Positions 24,521-34,991 of a stretch of DNA of 64,000 nucleotides are shown here, in pieces. The DNA comes from Schizochytrium sp. TIO01 (taxonomy: Eukaryota; Protista; Bigyra: Labyrinthulomycetes). Where the stretch lies: NCBI GenBank assembly GCA_004764695.1, contig SMSO01000025.1:1984001-2048000 (forward strand), written 5' to 3'. The notes beneath the pieces were generated by a model. The model was not told where the DNA came from. It ran no database searches and worked only from the letters and a program-made list of their open reading frames with translations. Positions within the stretch are counted from its first letter, which is position 1. Every line of letters begins with the position of its first letter. The position numbers were made by a program, and so were the translations under genes.

Positions 24521-24989
24521 ACCGCGTTTTCGGTCCAGGAAAAGCAATGTTCACGGCCTAGGAAGCATCCGGCTCTGCGATTGCTTCTTCTGACTCGTCT
24601 TACTACAAATTCTTCATTTCATTTTAAAAGTCGAATAAAAGTGACTCGATCCTTTTGCTTTCTTTGGCAATATTTTAGAAAAGAAGTAACACCCAAAGAA
24701 CGAATCGATTATCCGATGTCCCAAATCATATGGAAAGTTCGAGCAGGCGAAGAACCTACAGTATTACAAGAAAGGCACCAGAAACTGAAGTCAGTAAACA
24801 TAACTCATGAACAACGAGATGCCTAGCACGTTTTCTGAGAGGCCGCCAGCCAATTCTAAGAGAAAGTTACTAAACGAGGATGAGCTAGAATCCTTGCGTG
24901 GAACTAATATCTGTCTCATTCTGACAGGTCCACATATCCTTTCAGCCCGAATGATGACTTCATTCGGTTCTGAAGTCGCAGCCTCTCCT

Positions 24990-25420
24990 CAGCCACACGC
25001 CCTCTTCAAGATATGCTCCATGCCCAGTCCAATTTGATCTAATCAAAGAGCTTTCTTCTCTTGGATTGCGATTGCTGGCTGCTAGTGGTCGGCAGCCAGC
25101 GCGGAGTACAAAGTGGAGTATCCAGCTGTGCAAGTAGAGAATCCTCTCCTCAAATAGAGTATCTGAATTATAAATCACTTGCAGTACAGAGGACTTAGTA
25201 GGCAAAGGCAAAAGCGGCTCCTCTCACCTCACATAAGAGCCAGGGATTTTTTCAGCATTTTCTGCACTTCTTCAAGTTCCCTGCCAGGCTCCTTGTCATG
25301 CTCTAGCAAGGGTTCGGGGGGAGTCTATTATCTTGTCTGCTGTACGCACTTGAACCTGTGCTATGGCGTTTATAAAGTGTTCTTCGTGAATCTTCAGAGC
25401 TTTAGTTTCTTTCTAGCTTT
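24990..25420 (-). pseudogene. Decayed kinesin-light-chain/NPHP3-type TPR gene fragment
   Basis: KALKIHEEHF (~25403-25374), LEEVQKMLKKSLALM* (~25276-25230) and KKAL*LDQIGLGMEH (~25057-25013) match the ALxIxExxLGxEH TPR pattern; stops and frameshifts present. Confidence 0.5.
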
Positions 25421-25847
25421 GGAGGCTGGCAAAATAGTAAAAAGATGGAGTTTTTTTTCTCTTTAATTAAAAAATAAAATATAAATGTAAAAATAGAATA
25501 ATAATAATAATATTAGTAATAATTATAATTATAATTATAAAACATGTTTTATTGCAAGAAAAAAGATTTTAGGCCTGTGACGCAACGCAAAGTAATGCAA
25601 AGTAAAAGCAAATCCAGATCACCTCTTGGTGCTGGTTTCCTCTCCAGAGTTTGTGGCTGCTGGGGTCAGCGGCTCTGCGACGTAGCTGCTGCTTCAAAGC
25701 AGCTCGTTACGGTTTGTCTAACTGACTGGCTGACGGGCTGGTCGGTTGGTTGTTTGGTTGGTTGATTTTGCTCGACGATTTTTGAGACCAGCTAAGTAGG
25801 TTGGGTGCGCGTGAGGTCTTGGCTTCTCTAGGTCTCTTTGTGGGAAA

Positions 25848-28800
25848 ATGACAGACTATTCTGAGTTTGAGGCGGACCTCGATGACTTCTCGAGGCACAA
25901 GTTCGGCGGCTTGCCCAAGCCGCTGAAGCAGGCGCCGATTATCTTGGGAATCTGTGCAATGAAGAAGAAGGCGGAATCCAAGGCAATGAAGGAAATCCTC
26001 AACCGGCTGCGAAGACTCAATATCACCGTGGTGATATTTCCTGAGAAGGCTATTCTCAATGACCCTGTGGAAAGCTGGCCAAGCTGTCACTGCTTGATCA
26101 GCTTCTTCTCAGATGGTTTTCCTCTCGAAAAGGCTGTTGCATATGCCGAGCTGCGCAAGCCTTTTCTGATCAACGAGATCAAGCCTCAGTTTCTTCTGAA
26201 GGATCGCCGCCATGTCATGAACCTTCTGGCAAAGTATGGGGTACCAACCCCACCTCAGGTGGTTATGAACCGCTCTGCAAGCTCCCCTTCGGGTTATCCA
26301 GTCATTGTAAACCAGGAAGATGACCTTCAGGAATACGATGATTACATTGTAGTGAGTGGCGTTCGTATCGACAAGCCATTCGTCGAAAAGCCCGTTGATG
26401 GCGATGACCACAACATTTATATTTACTACCCGCGTACAGCTGGTGGTGGTAGCTGCCGTCTATTCCGCAAGGTGGATGACCGCAGCAGCGAATTCTTCCC
26501 TGATGCCAACAATGTTCGTCGCAATGGAAGCTACATTTATGAATCGTTCATCCGCACCGAAGGATCAGACGTGAAAGTTTACACTGTGAGTGAAACTTAT
26601 GCTCACAGTGAAGCTCGCAAGTCCCCCACTATCGATGGTGTCGTAAGTCGCAACGACGATGGATTTGAGGTTCGTTACCCTGTCTTGCTGAACCCAGTAG
26701 AGAAGGAGATCGCGGCACGCATTGTAGTTGCCACAGGTCAGCGTGTGTGTGGTTTTGACGTACTGCGCTCTGATTCAAACTCGTATGTTTGTGATGTCAA
26801 CGGATGGAGCTTTGTCAAGAATAATCAGAAATACTATGATGACTTTGCTCTGATCCTCAGTGATCTTATGCGCCGGGCAATGGGAATAATGTCTTTGCAG
26901 CGTTTTTTTCCCGCAGGATCAGCCCTGCCCGAGGGATTTGAGGAGGATACCGATGATACTGACACTGACAACGGCCCAAGCACTCCGCAGCATGCTCCAA
27001 GCTTTCGGTCGATGAATATAGTTGATGATAATCCTCACGAGGAGCTCCGCTGTGTTATTGCCATCGTTCGCCACGGTGACCGTACCCCGAAGCAGAAGCT
27101 CAAGCTCAAAACTTCCCACCCTTCGCTTCTGAGCCTCTTTTCTAAGTATGGTACTGGCAAAGTCCGCGAAGAGCTCAAATTGAAATCTGCAGCCCAGCTC
27201 AGCAGCGTGCTCAAGATCTTGTGTGAGCGAATTAAGGAGGTAGAGCGTGAGCGCTCACAAGGAGAAGAGAGCGATGGAGAGGAGCAAGATTATCTTGACA
27301 GCCTCCTACAAGCCCGGACAGTGCTGGAGATGCATGGAACCTTTAAGGGTATTAATCGTAAGGTACAATTGAAACCTATTGAGTGGGACGAAGATACTGG
27401 CGCTATCACAACTGCTCAGTTTATCTTGAAGTGGGGTGGTGTTCTGACTTTCCCTGGGCGGCACCAAGCTGAGCAAATGGGTCAGTCCTTCCGTCAAAAG
27501 CTTTACCCGTTCGATGGTCTTCTGCGCCTGCACTCTACGTACCGTCACGACCTGAAGGTGTATAGCTCCAATGAGGGACGTGTGCAGGTAACCGCAGCAG
27601 CTTTTGCTAAGGGTCTTCTCAGTTTCACGGGCCACTTGACTCCCATTCTCACGAGTTTGGTTCGCAAGTCGCCGGATGTCGACCAACTCTTAGACGATGC
27701 TTCTGACGCCAAGCTCCCTATTGAGCAAGTCAAACAACGTCTGCACGCGGCGCTGCTTGAAAAGGAACCTGTCAAAGAGACTTTGATGGAGACTGTTGCA
27801 CCTACGGATGCTTCCTCACTTACGGACTCCTTTGCCCAGATTGACTACAATCCTCGCGCTGCCATGGGGTATCTGAACCAACATATTGTAGGTCTCGTGA
27901 AGCAACTGCGTGTGATTGTAAAAACTCACCGCGCCAAGTTTGGCATCAACCTCGGGTCTGCTGGAGTTGCTAACACAGGCAAGCTGCTAGAAGAAACGCA
28001 GAATTCGGATCGCTCAGCTGAGGGCGGCGCCAAAATGAGTGGTGAAAGCAACGAGAGTGTAACATCCTCGCTGGATCGTTCCGATGTTGGTCATTCTCTC
28101 CAGTCAATTGTGTCTGCGGAGAACGGTACAGCACTTCTCATGGCACTACACCGTTGGTCGAAGCTCGAGAAGGACTTTTACGTTCGCAAGAAGGATCGCT
28201 TTGACTTGAGCAAGATTCCCGATATCGCTGATAGCGTGAAATTTGACATGCTGCATAACCCTCAGCTTCTCAAGCTGGAGCCGCCTCACTTGCGCCACAT
28301 CTTCCAGCTCTCCCTCTCACTAGCTGACATTGTGGTACCCCAGGAGTATGGCATCACTCCTAAAGAGAAGAAGAGTATTGGTGGCCGCATCGCCCGCAAT
28401 CTGATCGAAAAGATCCGCTCAGACTTTGCGAATACCGTGACATATTGTATCAATGGTCAAGTAGGAACCACTGCCGCATCTTCCACCCTACCCACGCCTG
28501 TGGGAGGATCTGTGCGCACATTCCAAAAAGTTGAGCCGCTTAGTGCCGGCCCGACACCTTTGCCTGCGCTCAGCGCTGTGAACAATGGTTCTAACGCAGC
28601 CAACACTGGTGCTGGAGCTACTGTGTCACCTCCGGAAACCCCTCCTGACAATGGTGTTGAGTCTCTGGAAAGCAGCAGCGTTGCCAGCGAAGAGACCTTC
28701 CACAGGCTGGACAGGCGCCATGCAAGATCTATGGGCATCAAGTCGAGCGATCGTATGGTTCGCACACGCTTGTATTTTACCAGCGAGTCCCACTTGCACT

Positions 28801-29447
28801 CCTTGCTCAATGTCCTTCGCTACACTACGCCAGAGTCCTTGGGTCTGAACGAAGATGATGAGATTGATCTCCCTGAGCTTTCTGAGGAAGCCAAGCGTCA
28901 GGTGGAGGCCATTCCTGAGCTCAACTACCTTACGCATATCGTCTTTCGCCTCTTTGAAGTATCCCATCGCGACTCTCGCGGACGCAGCTTCCGACGCCGC
29001 CGTAGCGAGGCACAATCCATTGGTTCTGCTGCAGAGGCTGATGCGCAATATCCGCGTCGATTCCGTGTTTCTGTTGCTGTATCTCCGGGTGTTGAGATTA
29101 GCATCGGGCCTGATGGCAAAATTGAACAAGGTTGCGGAGGCAGTATGGAGGATATGTCGTTCGATGCCCAGGATGGCTCAGCATACGGCTCCGAAGCAGA
29201 CATTCAGCTCCTCCCTTGTTCTCCGTTGGTGCCTTTATGGAATAACATGGAGTACAACAAGCTCGATAACCTATTCTCATGTGTTGTCAAGGATGTGAAC
29301 GACGAGCTCGCACAAGAAAATGGTGCTACCCGCTCTGGTCCATCTGAGAGCCAAACTGATGCCGAGCTGGCGGAAGAAGCTGCGGCGATGTCTCTAAGTA
29401 GCATGGCCAGCCCTCGGCCTACTCCTCTGCCTCCCCAGCAGCTCTAA
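25848..29447 (+). CDS. PPIP5K: Inositol hexakisphosphate/diphosphoinositol-pentakisphosphate kinase (ATP-grasp kinase + histidine acid phosphatase-like domain)
   Basis: LGICAMKKKA, ISFFSDGFPL, KPFVEKPVDGDDHNIYIYYP, LFRKV, DVKVYTV, HSEARKSP, CGFDVLR, CDVNGWSFVK, then RHGDRTPKQKLK, RHDLKVYSS and RTRLYFTSESH: hallmark VIP1/PPIP5K motifs. Confidence 0.97.
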   Translation: MTDYSEFEADLDDFSRHKFGGLPKPLKQAPIILGICAMKKKAESKAMKEILNRLRRLNITVVIFPEKAILNDPVESWPSCHCLISFFSDGFPLEKAVAYAELRKPFLINEIKPQFLLKDRRHVMNLLAKYGVPTPPQVVMNRSASSPSGYPVIVNQEDDLQEYDDYIVVSGVRIDKPFVEKPVDGDDHNIYIYYPRTAGGGSCRLFRKVDDRSSEFFPDANNVRRNGSYIYESFIRTEGSDVKVYTVSETYAHSEARKSPTIDGVVSRNDDGFEVRYPVLLNPVEKEIAARIVVATGQRVCGFDVLRSDSNSYVCDVNGWSFVKNNQKYYDDFALILSDLMRRAMGIMSLQRFFPAGSALPEGFEEDTDDTDTDNGPSTPQHAPSFRSMNIVDDNPHEELRCVIAIVRHGDRTPKQKLKLKTSHPSLLSLFSKYGTGKVREELKLKSAAQLSSVLKILCERIKEVERERSQGEESDGEEQDYLDSLLQARTVLEMHGTFKGINRKVQLKPIEWDEDTGAITTAQFILKWGGVLTFPGRHQAEQMGQSFRQKLYPFDGLLRLHSTYRHDLKVYSSNEGRVQVTAAAFAKGLLSFTGHLTPILTSLVRKSPDVDQLLDDASDAKLPIEQVKQRLHAALLEKEPVKETLMETVAPTDASSLTDSFAQIDYNPRAAMGYLNQHIVGLVKQLRVIVKTHRAKFGINLGSAGVANTGKLLEETQNSDRSAEGGAKMSGESNESVTSSLDRSDVGHSLQSIVSAENGTALLMALHRWSKLEKDFYVRKKDRFDLSKIPDIADSVKFDMLHNPQLLKLEPPHLRHIFQLSLSLADIVVPQEYGITPKEKKSIGGRIARNLIEKIRSDFANTVTYCINGQVGTTAASSTLPTPVGGSVRTFQKVEPLSAGPTPLPALSAVNNGSNAANTGAGATVSPPETPPDNGVESLESSSVASEETFHRLDRRHARSMGIKSSDRMVRTRLYFTSESHLHSLLNVLRYTTPESLGLNEDDEIDLPELSEEAKRQVEAIPELNYLTHIVFRLFEVSHRDSRGRSFRRRRSEAQSIGSAAEADAQYPRRFRVSVAVSPGVEISIGPDGKIEQGCGGSMEDMSFDAQDGSAYGSEADIQLLPCSPLVPLWNNMEYNKLDNLFSCVVKDVNDELAQENGATRSGPSESQTDAELAEEAAAMSLSSMASPRPTPLPPQQL

Positions 29448-29999
29448 CACTTTTTGATACACCTTTGTAATTCAACAGTAAGGTGGAATAACAACTCGCA
29501 AAACATTCAATTCTTTTGCGAAAGTAGCATGGCTGTTTTCCTTTTTAATTTTTTTCCCAATGTCTAACTCAAACTTCATTACATACCCCATCACTAAAAG
29601 TCTTCATCGACTTAAGGTGTGTGACGAATAAAAATGATCTAAATTAGAATCAGCATACAAAAATGCAAAAACGTAGTAAATTCGATGTCTTTTCTTTTTA
29701 TAAGGTTTTGTTTTGTTAGGTGCTTGTCGTACGTTTTGGTGGGGACTTCCAACCTAGCTTTTCGGGAAGACGAAATGAGGAAAAGCGATTGTAAGAGGAC
29801 AGCCTGTAGGGCTATGGAAAGCATGGTAAGTGCACATGCAAAAGTTGCATGTACATCACTGCCCAAAGATCAGTAAGAAGCGTTCTCAGTGAGTGTAAGA
29901 ACTAGCTTAAAAAGAGTCAATCCCCAGTAAATGATATAATGGAGAGAGAAGGCGATATATGTGTGTAGTTAAATCGAAAATGACTTGTTGGCAAGCGGA

Positions 30000-31209
30000 T
30001 TACTCCTTCTCCTCGCTACCCTCCTTCTGTGCAATGTAAATGTAGTGCACATTGGCGGAGTCCTTAGCCTCAGGCTGAGCAGCAGTCATAACGGTCGGTT
30101 TTGGTACAGTAGACACGGTTACTCGCCAAGGGTACTCATCGTTCTCCAAGTAGCCAAGACGGTTCTCTGGTACACCGTAAGAAACCATGAAGAAGATACC
30201 GTTTGGCTTGAGGACGCGAGCGCACTCACTCAACATCTTGGAGATGTTTCCTGTGGAACCCTCACCACAGAGAATTGAATCAACCGTGCCCTTGTCGATG
30301 ATGCAGTCATAGGTCTCGTCCATAAAGTCCAAGTGGCACGCGTTCATGACCTGCCACGTGAGGGTGGACTTATCCTTATGACGCTCCTTCATCTGGTCGA
30401 TTACCACCTTGGAAATGTCAATGTTTGTGATTGAGGTGAAACCTTCTTCGTACATGTCCTCGGTCATTCCTGTGTACACAAATGAGTACATTTAAGCATG
30501 TATACGATTCGAAAAATAAAAGAAGACAGAAATGCCACCCGATTGAATTCGAATAGAGAGGTTCAGTTCAGTATGCAATAGCGTTAGCAAACGATATTTA
30601 GGTATACTTTTCCTTTTTAGCCCATGAGGAACCTCGATGAAGGTAAAACATTATCAAACTTACGAGAGTTGCCGCATCCGATGTTAAGGATGTTGTCGCC
30701 CTCCTTGACACCAGCGCCACGGAGCTTATCCTTAAGGCCTGAGTATCTCTGGTACCAATCAAAGGCCTCCGGGTCCTTGGTGTACCTATAGATTCATTTG
30801 TGTTGTTGGAAATTGAGATCATAAAAAGCGCAAACCATGATGCATACGTTTCAAGTTGAAAGGAATATTCAGTTAGTCATTCAATGAGTTCACATGAGTC
30901 CAATTATATCAACAAGGGACGGAGCTTGCCAATAATTCCGCCTGTCTTGCCATTCAAGAGCGCCTGTGCAACCAGCAAGACCTGAAACTCAACAAAAAGA
31001 TAATCACTCAATTTTGGATGCACAAGATAAGAATGCCTTCATTTTCTCTTGAATTACAACCCTCGAGAATTAGAACGCAGGTTCTACCAAACAAAGTCTC
31101 AGTTTCCATGGGCAAGAAATCATCATGTATATGAGCCAATAAAATGCCTCATCCTCTTGAATTTTACATACCTTTCGTCCCAATATTGCTGCCGACCGTA
31201 TTGCGCCAT
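30000..31209 (-). CDS. EEF1AKMT4: Class I SAM-dependent lysine methyltransferase, EEF1AKMT4/METTL13-N-terminal family; 3 exons, complement(join(30000..30469,30664..30785,31172..31209))
   Basis: Spliced product MAQYGRQQYWDERYTKDPEAFDWYQRY...ILNIGCGNSRMTEDMY...NIDIS...IIDKGTVDSIL...RVLKPNG (630 nt, 209 aa). Both introns are GT..AG and in phase. Exact orthology within the family is uncertain. Confidence 0.88.
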
Positions 31210-31699
31210 GGTGCCTAAGAACCCTGTGCTTCTAGTGCCTGTACTTTTGTGCTCTGAGCTAACGCCTTTGCGTCTTTGTTTTGCAACTTTTTCCCTACTT
31301 TCGCCAACTTTCGCGTGAGCGGTTGTCGATCCCGATCAGGGAAACCGCGAGCCCACGGTGCTCTTCCCCTGCTTCTAGCAGAGAAAAGAAGACAGTGAAG
31401 ACGGCGGGGTGGGTCTTAGGCAAGTCGAAAGCAACCGGCGGAGGCGGTGCGGCTTTTCCTGAGCGCGCAGCTGTCGAGCGACGCAGTGGAGTTGATGGTA
31501 TGAAGAAGAGGAAGGCAAGTGAATCATCGCTTTCTTCATTGCATCTCCCTCTTTTTTAAAAAAGTGAGTTATAAGAATATACTTCACTTATGTTTCGAAA
31601 TAGTCTACTGTATATGAAGTATACTCTATATTGTACTCACTGAGCGAGTAGCCTCGCTTATAATTAACATAGAAGGAATGAACGAAAAAGGTCTATCTG

Positions 31700-32000
31700 A
31701 AATAGGCCTCTTTCATCAACGGCTCGGCGGAGTACCCGTTTCTGAACAAAAAGACAATTTTCTGGGCTGCGCACTGTGAAGTAGTTTGGTTTATTGAAGA
31801 GTGGTGGGGTGGTCTATGAAACAATGTCGCGGGTGAGGGGTTATTATTGATGAGTTTTGATCGATAAGTTTAAAACATGTGACTGGGATGGAGCTTTTGA
31901 AGGTGTAAGGACATTTTTGGGCTTTTGGAGGAAGGGACGAAGCGAGGCGCGAAAAAATGGGCTTGGTATATACAGGAATTTGCAAGCACGAGTGCCATAC
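31700..32000 (+). mobile_element. Degenerate Ty3/gypsy reverse-transcriptase C-terminal/thumb fragment
   Basis: Across frameshifts: NGSAEY (cf. NAPAxF), KQC, GVII, DW....EGVRTFLGF (cf. W....EVRSFLG) and YIQEFASTSAI (cf. FIxxFAxIAAPL), in correct order. YxDD not visible. Confidence 0.45.
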
Positions 32001-32191
32001 ATAAACACACTACTGGGTTTGCTATGGCTGAGTCAAATTAGTGATGAGTTTTCTGCTGTTATATATATATAGATTAAAAAGAGTATACATTTATAGTTTA
32101 TATTCTATAGAGTGTTTTAGTCCTTTACGAGAAGGGGCATACACTTATTGTCCACTTTAACGGAACCTTGTGGAAGTAGTGTCGCCCTATA

Positions 32192-33373
32192 TCATTGCAT
32201 TTGAAGATTTTCTACTTCGTCTTCTTCGTTCGAGCTAATATGGGGGTCTTGTGTCTCGCAATGACTAGGTGGGAATGATAGACATACATAATCGCTAGTC
32301 GAGTTATGTGTCCTTATTTTTGGTAAAGAGGATTGCTGTTTTGCAATATTCACGTTGTCGTTTTGCCAACTCGGCAGATCTTCGTTGCCGCAACTCTGAT
32401 GGTATTCAGATGAGAGATTTTCTATATTAGGCTCTTTGGCATCTCCATCGTTAACATCCTCGTGAGTTAGATCATATGCACAATATGATTCGGGTTCATG
32501 CTCACTTGCAGAGAATGACCTATCTTTTATTACATGCTTTGTCTGCTTGGCACAACTCGAGCCCGAGGCCAATCCTTCTTTTAGCGGGTCAGTTTCTCCG
32601 AGAAAGTTCTCATGTTTCTCTAGAATCAATTTGGCAACAGGTGTACCAACACAGTTTCCATACTTGTACAAATTCTGCTTTGCTTCAACTAAATTGGCGC
32701 GGTCCCCGTTTTGCCACGATGAGTCCATGAAGACAACATCACCTAGAGGCACTTGCTCCCTATCGAGATGGCTAATCGAAATGTCTAAATCTGCACGGGG
32801 TACAGCCGGAGCGTTGCTGCCAGCCAAATCAAGATCTTTGCAAGTGCTTGCAAAATTAAATCTCTTACTATTCGAGATTGCTGGGGATCCATGAAACACA
32901 GACTGACGAGACATTGCGCGAACTAATGATGGTTTATTTGGTTCATCTCGCCCCATTTCCTGTGTATGGGGAGGCGCATGCAATATCTGCAATCTTGCAT
33001 CTTCATACTCGACTTCGGAAAGAGTTCCGCGTTGAAGAAAGTCCTCGAGTTGAGCGAGTTGTTCCTGTTGACTTCGAGGATGTGATCTATCATGAAATGA
33101 CAAAGCCCAGGCGGGCAGAACTTCGTCAGCATATAAGCGAAGAGGCCCTTCACTATCTGTAGAGTGCTTTCTAATAATCCTGACACTGGGCTGTCCTACA
33201 ACTCCGTTGGCTCTTTGAACATTCGCTCGTTCCACGTCATCTTGCTGTCTTTGTTGCTCCTGTCGTTGACGCAAGTACTGTTGAAAAGCTCTCTCTTGGG
33301 CTGCTCTTCGTCGTGCCCAGCTACAAGGGCAGATTTGCTCATACTTTGCATAGAAGCTTTCAACCCAAGTCAT
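32192..33373 (-). CDS. Hypothetical protein with internal SHOCT-like motif
   Basis: 393-aa ORF; QLAQLEDFLQRGTLSEVEYEDARLQIL fits the SHOCT pattern (LxxLxxLxxxGxISEEEFxxxKxxLL); the rest is mostly disordered. Confidence 0.65.
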   Translation of the reverse strand: MTWVESFYAKYEQICPCSWARRRAAQERAFQQYLRQRQEQQRQQDDVERANVQRANGVVGQPSVRIIRKHSTDSEGPLRLYADEVLPAWALSFHDRSHPRSQQEQLAQLEDFLQRGTLSEVEYEDARLQILHAPPHTQEMGRDEPNKPSLVRAMSRQSVFHGSPAISNSKRFNFASTCKDLDLAGSNAPAVPRADLDISISHLDREQVPLGDVVFMDSSWQNGDRANLVEAKQNLYKYGNCVGTPVAKLILEKHENFLGETDPLKEGLASGSSCAKQTKHVIKDRSFSASEHEPESYCAYDLTHEDVNDGDAKEPNIENLSSEYHQSCGNEDLPSWQNDNVNIAKQQSSLPKIRTHNSTSDYVCLSFPPSHCETQDPHISSNEEDEVENLQMQ

Positions 33374-34991
33374 TGCGATGCGTCGTCAATATGGAGTTCT
33401 GTGAGTCTTCGCGGCGGAGCGTTGCGCCTCTTTTAGATAGACATATATGTTAATATAGTAAACAAGACTCCGTAGGTCTCTCCTGCTCTGTTGCTCTTCG
33501 CAGAGAGCTTTCTTTTATTCTTCTCTGCTTACAGACAATCGGCAAAAGATGCAAGTGATGCGACTGTCTTTCACCTTTTGCAAGAATCAGCCAAGCGTGG
33601 CCCAGCAACGCAATCGACTCAGTTAGCAAAGAAGGATATGAGAGTGGCGGTCTCTCGCTTCTATTCTGCAGGCATTGCCGTTTATCGATAAGCACTAATG
33701 TGTCACTGCGTCCGTCCAATCAGTGCTAGAGGTGCGTCCATATGTAGCGCTGCAGCGACGAACACAGTTCCCAAATTTCCTTCGGGACCGTGCTAAGTCC
33801 CCAAAGTCAAATGAACTACGACGAAACAAAAAACAAAAAGTAAAAAACAAAAAACATACAGGACATAATAGGAATAAATAAATAAATAAATATTAAAAAC
33901 AAATTATTTTTAAAATGTAGTTACTACTACTATAATAGTAGTATAAAAAAAGAAACGAAAGAAAAAACAGAGATAAACAAGGATAAACAAGATTTTCGTA
34001 AAGGGAAGGGGCCGGTCCGACAGACGGTGAACCCCAGGTTCGTTCTTTATTGTTTTTAGAACATATAGAACGCACGCGCAGAAATGGGGACTATTGTGAC
34101 TTGTCTCTCTACGGACTAACTCTTCTTCGATAAAAAAGAAGGAGGGGTTGAGTGACTGGTAGAAGTTGTCATAGCTAGCCTTAGTGGAGGGCAAATATTA
34201 CAACGGAGGAGGAGGAGGAGTTTTAGAAGAGAGGAAATGTACTCCATCCACGTGCACGCATGGATGGCATATGTACAAAGTTTGCGGCTTTGAGCTGTTG
34301 GGGACAGTTGCGATTCGAGGTGGCTCCAGTTGCAAGTTCGGGGGGTATTGGCTGGTTTAGAGACCTGATACCAATTAGTTCTGCAGGTGGAGGGCTGGAT
34401 GTCCTACTGATTTTGTCTCGCAGCCCGAACGATGCAAAGGCAATCTGGGTTTGTGCACAAGAGAACGGAAGAGACGGGCTTGACCTATACTAAGCTTTGC
34501 TGACATCGACTGGGGACTTGACAGGCTTTCTGTTAAAGGTGTAGATACTTCGAATATAGCACAGTCTAAATGGTACTCACAGCATGCTTATGGGTCATAC
34601 TTAATACATCCCTTGGGGATTTCATGGTGATGGAGTTCATGCTTACGGTAACTTTCGTTTGGTCAGTCGCAGTGCTCAAGCTGCATGCTCTATGTAATGA
34701 AGGTATAGCAGAGATGGTTCCTTCAGCTGTAGATGAGGTTGGATGGCTAGACACATAGTTTAAGTGGCATTCAAAGTAGTAGTATCTGTTGTAAACTGGT
34801 CTAGCTTTTCGTATTTCTCTTGCGTAGGACTACAATAGGCAGGGGCACACATTTGCAATAATACACAACCAAAATTAAGCTTCAGAAACATGGGCATGCA
34901 AAATACCTCTTAGTTCATTAACTCTAAAATAGATGATGCTTTAACTCGATTAGACTGATAAAGTATATTGTAGTAGTCGCAATCCTCTGAA

